From assembly GCF_036321535.1 (NCBI RefSeq), contig NC_087438.1:98704001-98768000 (forward strand): a stretch of 64,000 nt of DNA, read 5' to 3'. This document shows, one piece after another, positions 49,843-60,779 of this stretch (its first letter is position 1; each line of letters starts with the position of its first letter). Source of the DNA: Camelus dromedarius (taxonomy: Eukaryota). The notes under the pieces are model-generated. The model ran no database searches. It worked only from the letters and a program-made list of their open reading frames with translations, and was not told the origin of the DNA. The position numbers and the translations under genes were made by a program.

Positions 49843-50700
49843 GTTCGCCCACTGATCTGCTGGTCCCCGGGAAAGGCCACTCTCTGCAGCCTAACACGGG
49901 CGTCTTATGTCCCGACGCCCACTCTGGACTCTCTCCCCCGCGGGAGAAGCCGCTTAACCCCAGACTAGGCCGCCCTCCGCGCGCCCTGAAATAACCCCCT
50001 GCGGACCGCCTTGCGCGCGCCTTTCCACGCGCCCCGCGGCCCCCGCCCCGCCCCGCCCGCCGCCTGCCGGGCGCCGCCCGCCATCCCCGCGCCCCCGGCC
50101 GGGGCGCAGACTAGGTAAACATTTTTAATGGACTACAATCCAGCGATTGAAAGCTGTTCGATAAATTCTTGCGATTTCGGCGGGAACCGCTAGGCGCCGC
50201 TACTCACCGGCTTTCCTATTCGGCCTGCCCCTCCACCGCCCGCATTTCCTACTCGGTAAATCAAACTGGGCGGGGGCTGGGGGGAGGGGTGCTCCCGTTT
50301 GACCGTGACTGGGGTCAAAGGGTCAACCTCAGAAACAGGTTTTAAATAGGGAAAACAAACAAACTACTGGGGGGAGAGGGGAGCGGTTTACATGAGAATA
50401 CGTGGCTCCTTTGAATCAGAAAACCCTTAATCCTTTCCCGAGAGGAATGGCGGCTCAGCAAAGGTGCCGGCCCGCCGCGCCCCTCTGGGTCTCGCCCTTT
50501 GCTCGCCTAGCGACGCTGGCTGAGGCCCGAGGCCGGCAGATCCGCTACTCGGTGCCTACGGAGCTAGAGAAAGGCTGTTTCGTGGCAACGCGCCTAGGAT
50601 CTGAGCCTAGATCCTGCGAGCTGGTGGGACGCAGAGTCCCCATCATTTCCAGAGGTAGGACAAGGCCTTGTACCATCGGGTTGGAAAACGTATCTATATA
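49400..50700. promoter_or_regulatory. CpG island / SLC25A2 promoter with tandem GC boxes
   Basis: Dense CpG; (ccccg)3 Sp1-type boxes at 50041-50056 upstream of the SLC25A2 ATG. Confidence 0.8.
50186..50208 (+). promoter_or_regulatory. Gamma-type CSE-like / CTCF-like element
   Basis: accgctaggcgccgctactcacc contains the CGCT box and lies about 260 nt upstream of the relic ATG at 50447, similar to CSE spacing in the intact genes. Confidence 0.6.
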
Positions 50701-50820
50701 GAGCTAAGAAACTTGATAGAAGAGAGCTGTGTGGCTCCAGAGCTGTTCGCGCCGCTTCATGGTTCTTGTTGAGGAGCCATACAGCTTTATGCAGCAGCAA
50801 TTCTGGAAAGCAATGACCAT
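50447..50820 (+). pseudogene. Truncated PCDHGA-like relic (signal peptide plus EC1)
   Basis: MAAQ...[21 protein letters not shown]...IISRGRT (compare PCDHGA QIRYSVPEELEKGSFV...ISRGRT). After frameshifts come KKLDRRELCG (50712) and ILESNDH (to 50820). No recognisable EC2. Confidence 0.82.
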
Positions 50821-53759
50821 AGGCCTAGTAGGCAAGATGTGGTTTGGGGCATCATTGTGGGTACCGCTGTAGCCTACCTCCACCTTTTTCTCCCAGATCC
50901 TTATAATTCCAGCTTTGGAACGAATTTTCTTAAGGTTTACATTCTAAGCTCTAGGCGGTATTTTACCTTGGGGGTAAAAACAAAATGGGGAAGTTGTCAG
51001 GTGTGCTGAAATGATTCTTCCATTCAGGAAGCTTTCCTTGTCTGATTCTTTGGCTCCCAGTTAACATTTTAAAGTGTGGCACCCAAAAGCAGATTGTGCA
51101 TGGATAGTTTGTCAATAGGTAGACTTTAGTGTAGTGGTAGACAGTGACCAGGCCTTTGTTTAGAGAATACCCGAATGTCAGTATTTGGATTTCTTTTCTC
51201 TGGGCTCACATGGTTTCTTCAGAGAATAATCTTACAGTCTTGACTCTGTTTGTGTGTGTTTGGGGGTGATGTATGCCTTGGGTACTGATTTAATGAGACC
51301 AAAATAGGGTAAGAGGGGTGACATCCTGCAGTAAAGAAAACATATTTTCACATAACCCCCTTGTTTAATGTTATACATCCCAGCCTTCATCTGGACCTGC
51401 TTTCTCTGAGTTTGAGCCTTTGGTTCAATTTATCCAGAAAATAAACTTTCCATCTGTGGGATGGGTAAGTAAGAGTTACCTGGCTTCCTCGAGTGACATA
51501 GGGATCCTGCACATCCAGCTGTGAACACACTTTAATGAATCCTGTTTCCAGCCCCACTTCCGTCTTCCTTGGAAACTTTGCCTACAAAAATTGTCTCACA
51601 GTTTCTATATCAAGTGGGTGTGTCTCTCTCTCTCTTTCATATACCCCCTTACAGACATTTAGCATGTAACTTTCTGTGATTTCTCAATTATCATTTCTTC
51701 ATCTGCTTTGCCCTTCTGAAAACAGGTTGACATTTCTCATTCACTGTTGTCTCATTTCCTATTCTTTGTCCTTGGGGCTTACTATGTTATATTGGCAGGC
51801 TTTTTGATAGAGAAAAGAGATATGTGAGAACAATGCACCATTTTAAACTAGAAAAAAAATGTTAAATTCTTCGTATCATATTTGAGGGATTTTTTAAAAT
51901 GTTTTGGTATCACCCTCAGGAAAGTCAATAAGGGAAAATCATATTTTAATACTTACTATGGAGGTCCTATCAAGTTTTCTAGAGGAGCATTCAGTTTTAA
52001 CTACTGTCAATTAATTACATATGGTTCATTGTTAATTTTTTAAAAACACACACAAGAGATACTTTTGTATTAAGTTCATATATGTATGTTTTGGAGAAAC
52101 CAAACTAATAATCAAGGCCAGGTAGGGCATTAATAGGGAAATGGTCTTTACCTTCATTGAATTGTCGGACATAGTTGCACAAATAGTGACAGAAAGAGAT
52201 TGAGTTCCGTAAAGTGTATTTAAACAGCTGGACTTGGAGAGAACACACTTCAGCAAATACTGTAACACTGCCCAAGACACTGGGCAGTCATAAGCATCTG
52301 AAACCATTTTTTCCCGATTCTAACTAACCAAAATTATGCTTCTGTTTTGAATTTAAGCACATGTCCTCCCAAGCATACGTGGAAAATAATGGCAAAGAAA
52401 CTTTCAACTTTTCAGTGAAGACCACCACCCTTGACTAGATGTGAACACCCACATCACATGTTCCCTAGCAATTAGATTGAGTGGCCAGGTAGGATTACCA
52501 GAGAAAGTGAGGTTTGAGCTGAGGCCTGAATAACAAAAAGCTAGCCATGAGAGGATATAGAGACTGTTCAGGAAAAGGGAACTGTAAATGCTAAATAAAG
52601 CTCTGTAGTGAGAAAGAACTGGGCATTTGAAGTACAGAAAGGCCAGTATAGCTGATGTTTGGTGGGCAGTCTTCCTAGTCTGTTTTCACACAGAATTCTT
52701 ACTGGATAATAAGATAAGCAAGAGGTCAAGACACAGTCCTTCAAAGACATGAATTGTCACTATTTGTCCAAATTTCTCATCTCAAATAAACATTTGCTCT
52801 CCAAATTCAAAATGTCAGGCTTTATGACATTTCGAACTGAACACAAAGATCCCACTTACCTAATCTATGGATATAATGCAAAATGGAAGCCAGACTGATG
52901 TGCTTATTGCAGCATTCTGTGTAATAGCAAATTTAAAATGGAACAATGTAAGTGACCAGCAATAGGGGAGTGGATAAAATCAAGGGAAAAAAAAATCTGT
53001 ATCACGAAAAATAGCAGGAAGTCTCTATGTGCTGATATGGAAGGATACTCGTAATAAATTTTTGAGTGATAAAAGTTTTAGAATAGTATCTATAACAATA
53101 TATATTTTTTGCTTTACAAGACTATATATATGTATACAATTAATTGTACACCAAGTAAAGGCCTGGACCAATACATCTCAAAAAGTTACCCTGGAAAGTT
53201 GGTGTGAAAGGGACAACTTTACTTTGTATTTTTTGCAAAATTTTTGCATTACTTAAAATTTTTCAGTTACTCTTCTAATTCCTGTATGTTAAAACACTAA
53301 TTAAAGAAAATTCAGCTGTTCATCAACTCAAAAATACTGAAAACTGCAGCCCAACTGAACATCATACTCATCAGGCAAGGGAGCTGGGAAAAGTCTTTTT
53401 TGCTAACTCTGGATTTACCTAAAGAGAAATGAATCCCAATCTTCTTCAGTTAACCTTTTCTCTTTTGAAGTTTATTGTAACAGATATTTACTCTTCATTA
53501 TGGAGGTTTTAATATTAGTGCAAAGCCAAGCCATAAATAAATCAAAAGCAATAAAGCTACAGTAGTAAACCAACTCAATTTACTTATTCTGCAGATGAAT
53601 TTGAAGCAAACTCTGCTTCTGTCATTTATAAACTCTGATTTAGAATAATTAATCTGAAATCAACCACATGTAAAACACAGTTATTTATACACTTTTCTAC
53701 CACTTTGATCACTCTTTAATTCAAGTAATTATTTAACCCCTATTATGTAAAGACTCTAG

Positions 53760-53980
53760 TATAATAGTTTACTTTTATTCCAGGAATTGTTCTAAGACCT
53801 TTATATGTTATCAACTCAATAGCCAACAACTCAAGAGCCCTCAGGTAGGTAATACTATCACCTCCATTTTAGAGATGAGCAAATTGAGGCAGATTAATTT
53901 ACTTGCCCAAGATCACTCATCTAATAGGTCACTAAACTAGGATGGAAACCCAGGCAATACATCTCTTGACCTTGTGATTT
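53760..53980 (-). mobile_element. MIR SINE
   Basis: aggtaggtaatactatcacctccattttagagatgagcaaattgaggc...cttgcccaagatcac is the reverse MIR core. Confidence 0.75.
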
Positions 53981-54499
53981 TAATCTCTTTACCATTCTTT
54001 AGTAAGTTTAGTGACTAACGAGGTAAAGTGCCTAATCTCAGTGAATTTACAGCCTAGTGAGGACATGAACAACAGGTAATTTACAGTCTAGTAAGATAGG
54101 TGCATTACAGAGTTTTTAATCCCAGTACACTATTATAGAGGAAGAGGAGTAATTAAATTCCTTGAAAAATGTAAATAAGCTTAGTGTGTAATGAAAATAG
54201 TGAAAGGATGTGGTGAGATCAGGCTGAAACAAAATTTAGGATAGGTTAAGAGGTTCTGTATTTCCTAACCTCCAAATGGAGCAGGTGGATTGGAAACATA
54301 ATGCAAGATGACATCTCTCAATTTCTTTGCCCCTGCTGTGTTCCTCTTCTTAAAACCTAGCGTAACAGCTTCTTTTCCTACAAAACAGAATCCAACTGGT
54401 CAGTCCATTAAACCCCACCAAGAAACCACCTCAGAAGAGGATCTGATACCCACTACCCTTAAAAGAACAAGACTCATTATGAGGTGAAAATTACTTGCT

Positions 54500-54509
54500 T
54501 TTATTTATT
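54500..54509 (-). terminator. Candidate TAF7 polyadenylation signal (overlapping AATAAA)
   Basis: tttatttatt on + reads AATAAATAAA on -, about 490 nt downstream of the TAF7 stop. Confidence 0.55.
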
Positions 54510-54999
54510 GTGTTAAACAACCTTATAAATGATTTGCAATGCTAAATGTAGAAAATTGCTTTGAATAGCTGGGAAAATAGCTACAGCATGGGAAAGCATA
54601 TGCAAACAAGCTCCCCCGCCCCCAGACTAGGCTCTTACTCATCTCAAATGGCATCACACAGGAACAACAGCAGCTTCTGGTAAATGGACAAACAGTAACA
54701 AAGTCCTCTAGTGAAGCTGCGATTAATTACTAAGTTGAACTGTTCACTCCGCTAATTCTACAACTTTCCTACATTTGTCTATACATTCCTACTTTCTACA
54801 GGGCAAACACCTAGCAAAGTGGTTCTGAAAGACAAATGAGATAGAAATTCACATTTGTCTACTATACAAATAGAACAGAATGCAATGAAGGAAATGCGAA
54901 CTACTGCAGAGATATACTATCTAGTCCAGGCAATGAAACAAAAATTTTTCTTTCAAGGCTGACCCCTCTCAGGAATGAAATTAAGTATCAAAGCTCTCC

Positions 55000-56049
55000 T
55001 CACTTCTCTAGGAGTGATTCTAGCTCTTCTTGCAGAGAGCTGAGCTGCTCCTTTTCTCGGTCTTCCTTTTGTTTCAGTTCATCTAGCACAGCCTGAAATC
55101 TGTTCTTGAGAGCCAGGTTTTCCACTTTCATGATGAGATCCTCCTGTCGCTTTGCCCTGTCCTGGGTCTCCTGGAGCTTGCCTTTCATGTTATCAATCTG
55201 TTTCTGGATTCCCATAACCAGCTGATTGGTTCCCTCGTTTTCTTGGTGCTGTTCATCTGATTCATTTAGCTTGTCCTGTAGCTGTCTTTCCAGATCTTCC
55301 TCAGTGTCGATGATGTTTATATCTTCTTCATCTTGATGCTGCGTCTCATCTTCATCTTCGCTGCTGCTGCTGAGGTCATTGAATATCTCCCGAAGCTCAT
55401 CATGTTCTAATGAGTCATGGCCCTGCCTGTGGCCAGACATTCCTGGAGAAGCGATATCAAGGCCCTGATTTTCTGTTTCTTTTGTTTCATCTTCAGCAAT
55501 TATTTCCCAACGAGTACTGACAGCTTCAGCATCTGTGCTCAGCAACCGCTTCACTTCTTTTTCCACATCTGGAGATTCAATATACTTCTTCTTTGCTGTC
55601 TTCCGGAACCTTCTCTTTCGGACATTTTTTAGAGGCAGAGTAATTCCATGGTTCCATACAAATTTTTTCTCTTTGTCCTTATCCTTTTTCTTGCTTGCTT
55701 TGGGATCAGCAGTAGCAACTGGTTCCTCCACAGGAGGATAGAGATCACCATCAACTGTAGAGACAAGCATCTGACAGATATCAGCTGTCTTGTAAAAGGT
55801 TTTCTTATCAATGGTTTTCAAACTTTCCATAACACACGGCAGATCCACCAGTTTTGAGGCCAGTGGGACCCGATCCACTCTGACGATTCCATGACGCCCA
55901 TCAGGGTGTAATTCAATTGTCAGTCTGTCCTTCAGGTTGACATGGCCAGACTGTACTGCTCGCCTCACAGTAGAGGCATACTCTGGAGGAAGGCGTAAGA
56001 TAAACTGGCTCTCCAGTTCATGAGGAGCATCATCTTTGCTCTTACTCAT
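55000..56049 (-). CDS. TAF7: TFIID subunit 7 (TAFII55), 349 aa, intronless CDS
   Basis: MSKSKDDAPHELESQFILRLPPEYASTVRRAV...NHGITLPLKNVRKRRFRK...LQEELESLLEK, with length equal to human TAF7. The track's 56094 start is a GTG, so the true ATG is 56049. Confidence 0.98.
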   Translation of the reverse strand: MSKSKDDAPHELESQFILRLPPEYASTVRRAVQSGHVNLKDRLTIELHPDGRHGIVRVDRVPLASKLVDLPCVMESLKTIDKKTFYKTADICQMLVSTVDGDLYPPVEEPVATADPKASKKKDKDKEKKFVWNHGITLPLKNVRKRRFRKTAKKKYIESPDVEKEVKRLLSTDAEAVSTRWEIIAEDETKETENQGLDIASPGMSGHRQGHDSLEHDELREIFNDLSSSSEDEDETQHQDEEDINIIDTEEDLERQLQDKLNESDEQHQENEGTNQLVMGIQKQIDNMKGKLQETQDRAKRQEDLIMKVENLALKNRFQAVLDELKQKEDREKEQLSSLQEELESLLEK

Positions 56050-56307
56050 CTTTATTTCTTGGTGACTCACTTCTCTAATAACCACTTGTTGCACTAAAAA
56101 GTTCCACCTATTTCAACAGAAAGACCAGTTCGCTATGAATTGAAATTTTAATTACAAACAGTTCTAAGTACAACAGCAGCTAAGCGTCTATTTTAAATTA
56201 AGCCCCAAGTCTTTCTAAGTATGCTGTGGCTGAATAGCAGTCGTTACTGACACGTTGCCTTACTCAATTAAGTCCATTTAAATCTTAGCTGCAATGCCAA
56301 GTTCCAA

Positions 56308-56323
56308 CCTCTAGATGCCGCTG
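56308..56323 (+). promoter_or_regulatory. Gamma-type CSE-like / CTCF-like element inside the TAF7 leader region
   Basis: cctctagatgccgctg has one mismatch to the CTCF core, and the same GCCGCT variant occurs in the elements at 50186 and 62725. Confidence 0.5.
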
Positions 56324-56551
56324 CAGGACAACGCAGAGAGCTAGCCAGCAGGAAAGCAAATGGCGGCTGCTACGGAATGATTTTCGGCACACAAAGCTAA
56401 GGCCCAGCAGACACTCCCAATCCACAACTCTCCCGGAACAAAGATATTCAAAAAGCGGGGCGTAGTGAGCTCTCTTCGCCTCGGGTACTTACAATCCAGT
56501 GACGATTATAAATCCAGTTTCTCCGGACAGGAGCGAGCAGAAGCCACTCCG

Positions 56552-56637
56552 GAGCAAGGCGGCCCGTGGCCGAGCGTCTCCTTCTTGATTCCTTTGTTCT
56601 TTCCGGCTCGCGGCAATCAGGAGCGATTCGCTACTAA
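56552..56637 (+). pseudogene. Possible PCDHGB-like signal-peptide relic
   Basis: GPWPSVSFLIPLFFPARGNQ, then IRY* after a frameshift (compare PCDHGB GPRQVLFPLLLPLFYPTLCEPIRY). The match is short, so the call is tentative. Confidence 0.4.
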
Positions 56638-58799
56638 TTATTAGTGAAACAGCTCAGGACAGGCAACACGAAATCTCGCTGATATCCGCAGCTTCGAGAG
56701 CCAGATTCTGCAGCTCCTCAGCTGCGCAGCTCGGCAGCTCAGCAGACCTCCGTCCGGAGCTGCAGACCCAGCGGAGAATAAAACGCTACGCAACCGGAGG
56801 CGGCTATGAGTGACAGCACAACTCGGGCGGAAGTGCGCACTGCCCCGGCGCGCGCAGGCGCAACGCACAATTACGCTATCCAGCGTGACTTGTCTCGCGA
56901 GAAGTTGGCTTTACGCGATGAAGATGATACTCTCGTGAAGAACGTTGGTTTGGAAATATTTAGAGAAAACAATACCAAGAAAGACATAGATTCTCCGGCC
57001 CGCCCCCGCTAAGCCAGAACTTTTAGCGGATCGCCATGAAGCCGGATAGCTCCTTGGCTTCCGGGTGATTGCCGGAGATAGGGAGTCCGTGAGGAAAGCG
57101 TCCTTTTCCTGGAAACATCTGGATGCTCCCCGGGCTGTATCCAATTTGGAGCCGAACTAAGAATTTATAACTAACCATGCTGTGGATTTTAAAACACCCA
57201 AATCAGTGGAGTGAGGACTTGCTGTCCACTATGTAGTTCTAAGTCTGTGTGTGCTGGTTATGGAAATGTTCGTAGGAGGCCTATGACTAGGGGTCTGTTT
57301 CTGTTTTGAAGGCCCTCAGAAGGAACAAGGATGATTCCTCTTTTTAATGTATTCGACGTAGATGTAAATGGTAACAGAGAAGTAAGTGTTCTTCTGGAGG
57401 CCCATGTTCGTTTAGGACAGTTATCTGAAAGACGAATGGTCTGATTAGAGTATAATTCAAATATTACTCCCTGTCAGTCATTTGCCAGTAATTTTTAAAT
57501 TAGTTTGGAATTTTTAAAATTCCACCTCTACTGTTTTGAGAACTGTTTTCTGCTTGCCTCTTGTATGGGTGGTCAGTTATTCATCAACATGTATTTATAG
57601 CATTTTAGCCTAACTATGTAACAGTTTCCACTTCTTCCTATTCATTTCCATTTATTTTTTAATAGGATCAGTTTGGTAGAGCATCAAGGTCATTTAAAAT
57701 TTAATTTCTGTCCTCTAAAATATTAACACCTGCATCTAAGTTTAAGAGAACTCACTAAAAATGTGATTAACATCTACAAAATTAACTGTATTTCTTTATG
57801 TACTTGTCTCCCTTGCTCTAGGTTGGAAGCTCCATGATAATCAGGAATGTAATATTTTGTTCATCTGGTCCTGGTGCCTAGTATCAAAACATGGGAGATA
57901 AAAAAAATAGTTGCTAATTGAATGAAAGAATTGATCCATCCAGAAAAAATATATATAAATATAGCCCAAATTCTTTAATAATTTGTGAGAGAAAATATAT
58001 TCCAAGTCACATTAAAATGAGATACAGCAACTTTATATACATTTCCTCTCCAGTCAGGGACAGTGCCAATTATCATGAGGGGAGAAGTTTGCAAAAAGTG
58101 TGTGTGTGAATGTGTTGCCTTTGCTTTTAGTAGACTGTGAGACTATGTATGATGGGGGGGATTTAAATGGCTTGGCACCAGTCTGATTTTTTTTTTATGT
58201 TAAGTCTGAGGAAAAATTAAGCTCTTCCACATAATTGTACTTTAGTTCTTTGTTCTGTAATGTGTTGAAGAATGTTAGCTGATGTATTTCCAGGATTCTC
58301 TCTTTCCTCTTTTTGAAGATGAAATTTTCCCCCTGTACTTATCCCTTCATTGTACCAGATTTTACGCATTTCATAGATATGAGTTTAACATGCTAGCCTC
58401 TGCATAATCCTTTTTTGTGATTATAAAATTTGAGGCCCAGCTTATACAAGAAGGTTATCCATATATTGCTTTGCATTTTAATTGCCTATGAGTTTTATGA
58501 TGTTCAAATATCTTTGTCACAGAAAATAACCTGAGATAAATTCTATGCAATTCTGATTTGCCAAAATTATGATATATTTTAGTTAGTAAGCCTTTAAGTA
58601 GAAGATTGTCAGGAATAATTAAAAGGATCAACTGTAGTTTCCCCTGAAGTATCTACCTCCTTCAATCCTGAAACATATTTTCTCCTTTTGAGTTTGACAC
58701 GTTTTCTGAAGGCTATTTTTTTGCAGGGTAATTACATTGATCCTAAAGCTAAGAGCTCTGCCAGGTCACCATTACCTTAATGTCTGTTGATACATGCAC

Positions 58800-58800
<1 letters not shown>

Positions 58801-58840
<40 letters not shown>
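58801..58840 (+). repeat. (TG)20 microsatellite
   Basis: Seen directly. Confidence 0.97.
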
Positions 58841-58843
<3 letters not shown>

Positions 58844-59339
58844 ATGTTTATCAAATCCATTTGACATACAGAAACACTTTGAGTTGATGAAAGAATTACA
58901 CTCCTGTGATTGTTCCATGGAATATCTGTGATACTAGTGAACCAAAGATTTGGGGGTAGCAGTAAATTCTCCAGAGTAGTAACAAGGCTCAGAAGGCTTC
59001 CTACCTATGATAAAGGAGTAGCACTATCAAGCTAATGCTATATGATTGAAAATTCCCTTTAATAAACTTCCAAGTTCCTTATACTGTGGGTGTTAAAAAA
59101 TTATGGGTTATGGGAGAAGCCTTGCTTGTATCTTGGAGATAGAAAATTAAATTATAGGAGTGAGGAAATAGCAAATACCCTTATATATTGCTCTAGTAGT
59201 ATATAAACAGTGAAAAGCACGTTAGCCAAAATGTTGCAGTCTCTTGTATTAAGTGTGATGCTTTCTATAGAAAAAAGACCAACCTGATTTACACTGGTTT
59301 AAACAATAAGAAAATGTTTTTGAAAACCAGGTAGTCTTG

Positions 59340-59700
59340 AGCAACTCTGTTCAACAGAGATATAATATGACCCATAGATGAAAGCCACATTATTAAATTA
59401 TTTAATATTAAATTATCTAGTAGCTGCATTAAAATGGCAAAAGGAAACACATGAAATTAATTTCGGTAGCATTTTATTTAGCCTAATTATCAAAAATATT
59501 TCAACATAGAATCAATGTAGAAATTGTTAATGGTATGTTTTACATTCTAATTTTGTACTAAATCTTCAAAATCTGGTGTGTATTTTACACTGAAACACAT
59601 TTCATTTTGGACTAGTCACATTTCACGTTCTCAGTGGCCATGTGTGGCTGGCTGATGGTTACTGTATTGAACAGTGCAGTTCTAGAAACATGGCTGCCTC
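59340..59700. mobile_element. hAT-Charlie fossil, MER33/MER3-like
   Basis: Ends ggactagtcacatttcacgttctcagtggccatgtgtggctgg...tattgaacagtgcag, the typical MER3/MER33 terminus. Confidence 0.7.
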
Positions 59701-59999
59701 TAGGCATGATAGAATCATGGCCTGGCACAAATTGTTTTAACTTCCTGATTTTAGAGAATGAACATTTATTTATACTTGTTATTCTTTCAGCTTTTCCCTC
59801 ATCTTGTAAACTTCGAGAGTCTATGGTCATAAGAAATCTGACAGAAGTAACTGGGGAACTTCCTTTCTTGGCCGTGGTAAGTTCAGAGAGTGTCTCTCCC
59901 TAACCAGAATCTGTCTTTCAACTTGATTGGTCTAACTAAGACTATACACCTATCCCTGGCTCAATAGTAGTCACCAGGGGAATACCCTAAGCCTATGAT

Positions 60000-60195
60000 T
60001 TTCAAAATGGTGGGGAGGAGAAGACATTTGATGATGCCTGGAGACATTTTGATTGTCGCAACTGTGGGGGTGGTATCTACTGGCATCTAGTGGGTAGAGG
60101 CCAGGGATGCTGCCAGATATCCTATAATGCACAGAGCATCCCCTCCACAACTAAGTTATCGGGCTCAAAATATTACCAGGGTTGAGAAACCTTGC
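60000..60195 (+). mobile_element. MER20-like hAT transposon fossil
   Basis: gtctggagacatttt-like core and tactggcatctagtgggtagaggccagggatgctg...gttgagaaacc. Confidence 0.75.
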
Positions 60196-60399
60196 CCTAA
60201 GCTCAGTTTTTAAATTATTAATTGTTTTAAGCCAGTATTCCTCACTAAACACTGACAAGAGGAGTGAGATCACCACTATTGGTTTAGTATCAGACCCTAC
60301 TACAGCTATGAATGGGTTCACCTTCCCCTTAGGTATGTGGAGAGTGGACCCACTACACTAAAAAGAAAGTGTTAGAAGAGATGAAAGGGCATGGGCAAC

Positions 60400-60737
60400 T
60401 GTCTTAGTCTTTTTGGGCTGCTGTAACAGTACCATAAACTGAGTGGCTTATAAACAACAGAAATTAATTTTTCAGCTCTGGAGGCTGAGAAGTCTGAGAT
60501 AAAGGCACTGACAGCTGTGGCGTCTGGTGAGCGCAGGCTTCCTGGTTCGTAGATGGTAGTCTTTTTTGCTGTAATCTCACGTGGTGGAAGGGATGAGGGA
60601 GCTCTCTGCAGCCCCTTTTACGTGATGACTCCACCTTGATGACCTAATCACTTCTCACGAGCCCTACCTTTAAATACCATCACATTGATTAAGTTTCAAC
60701 ATGTGAATTTTGGGGGACATAAATAGTCAGTCTGTAG
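60400..60737 (-). mobile_element. MLT1A-type MaLR solo LTR
   Basis: tgtcttagtctttttgggctgctgtaacagtaccataaactgagtggcttataaacaacagaaatt...tttcaacatgtgaattttgggggac. Confidence 0.8.
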
Positions 60738-60779
60738 AGGTAACCGATGGTATACAAGAAATAGCTGATTATTGGGGGG

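Larger units (their letters stand above)
56300..57150. promoter_or_regulatory. TAF7 CpG-island promoter
   Basis: Dense CpG. ETS/GABPA cggaagtg at 56828-56835, NRF1-like cgcgcaggcgca at 56851-56862, palindromic TCTCGCGAGA (BANP/ZBTB33 motif) at 56893-56902 and YY1-like aaatggcggc at 56358-56367. Confidence 0.8.

Noticed and set aside
49401-49968. ORFs antisense to or overlapping SLC25A2 (179, 111 and 65 aa)
   Set aside because: These are GC-rich shadow frames with no recognisable domain.
56050-56094. 15-aa N-terminal extension of TAF7
   Set aside because: It begins at GTG. ATG 56049 gives the canonical 349-aa protein.
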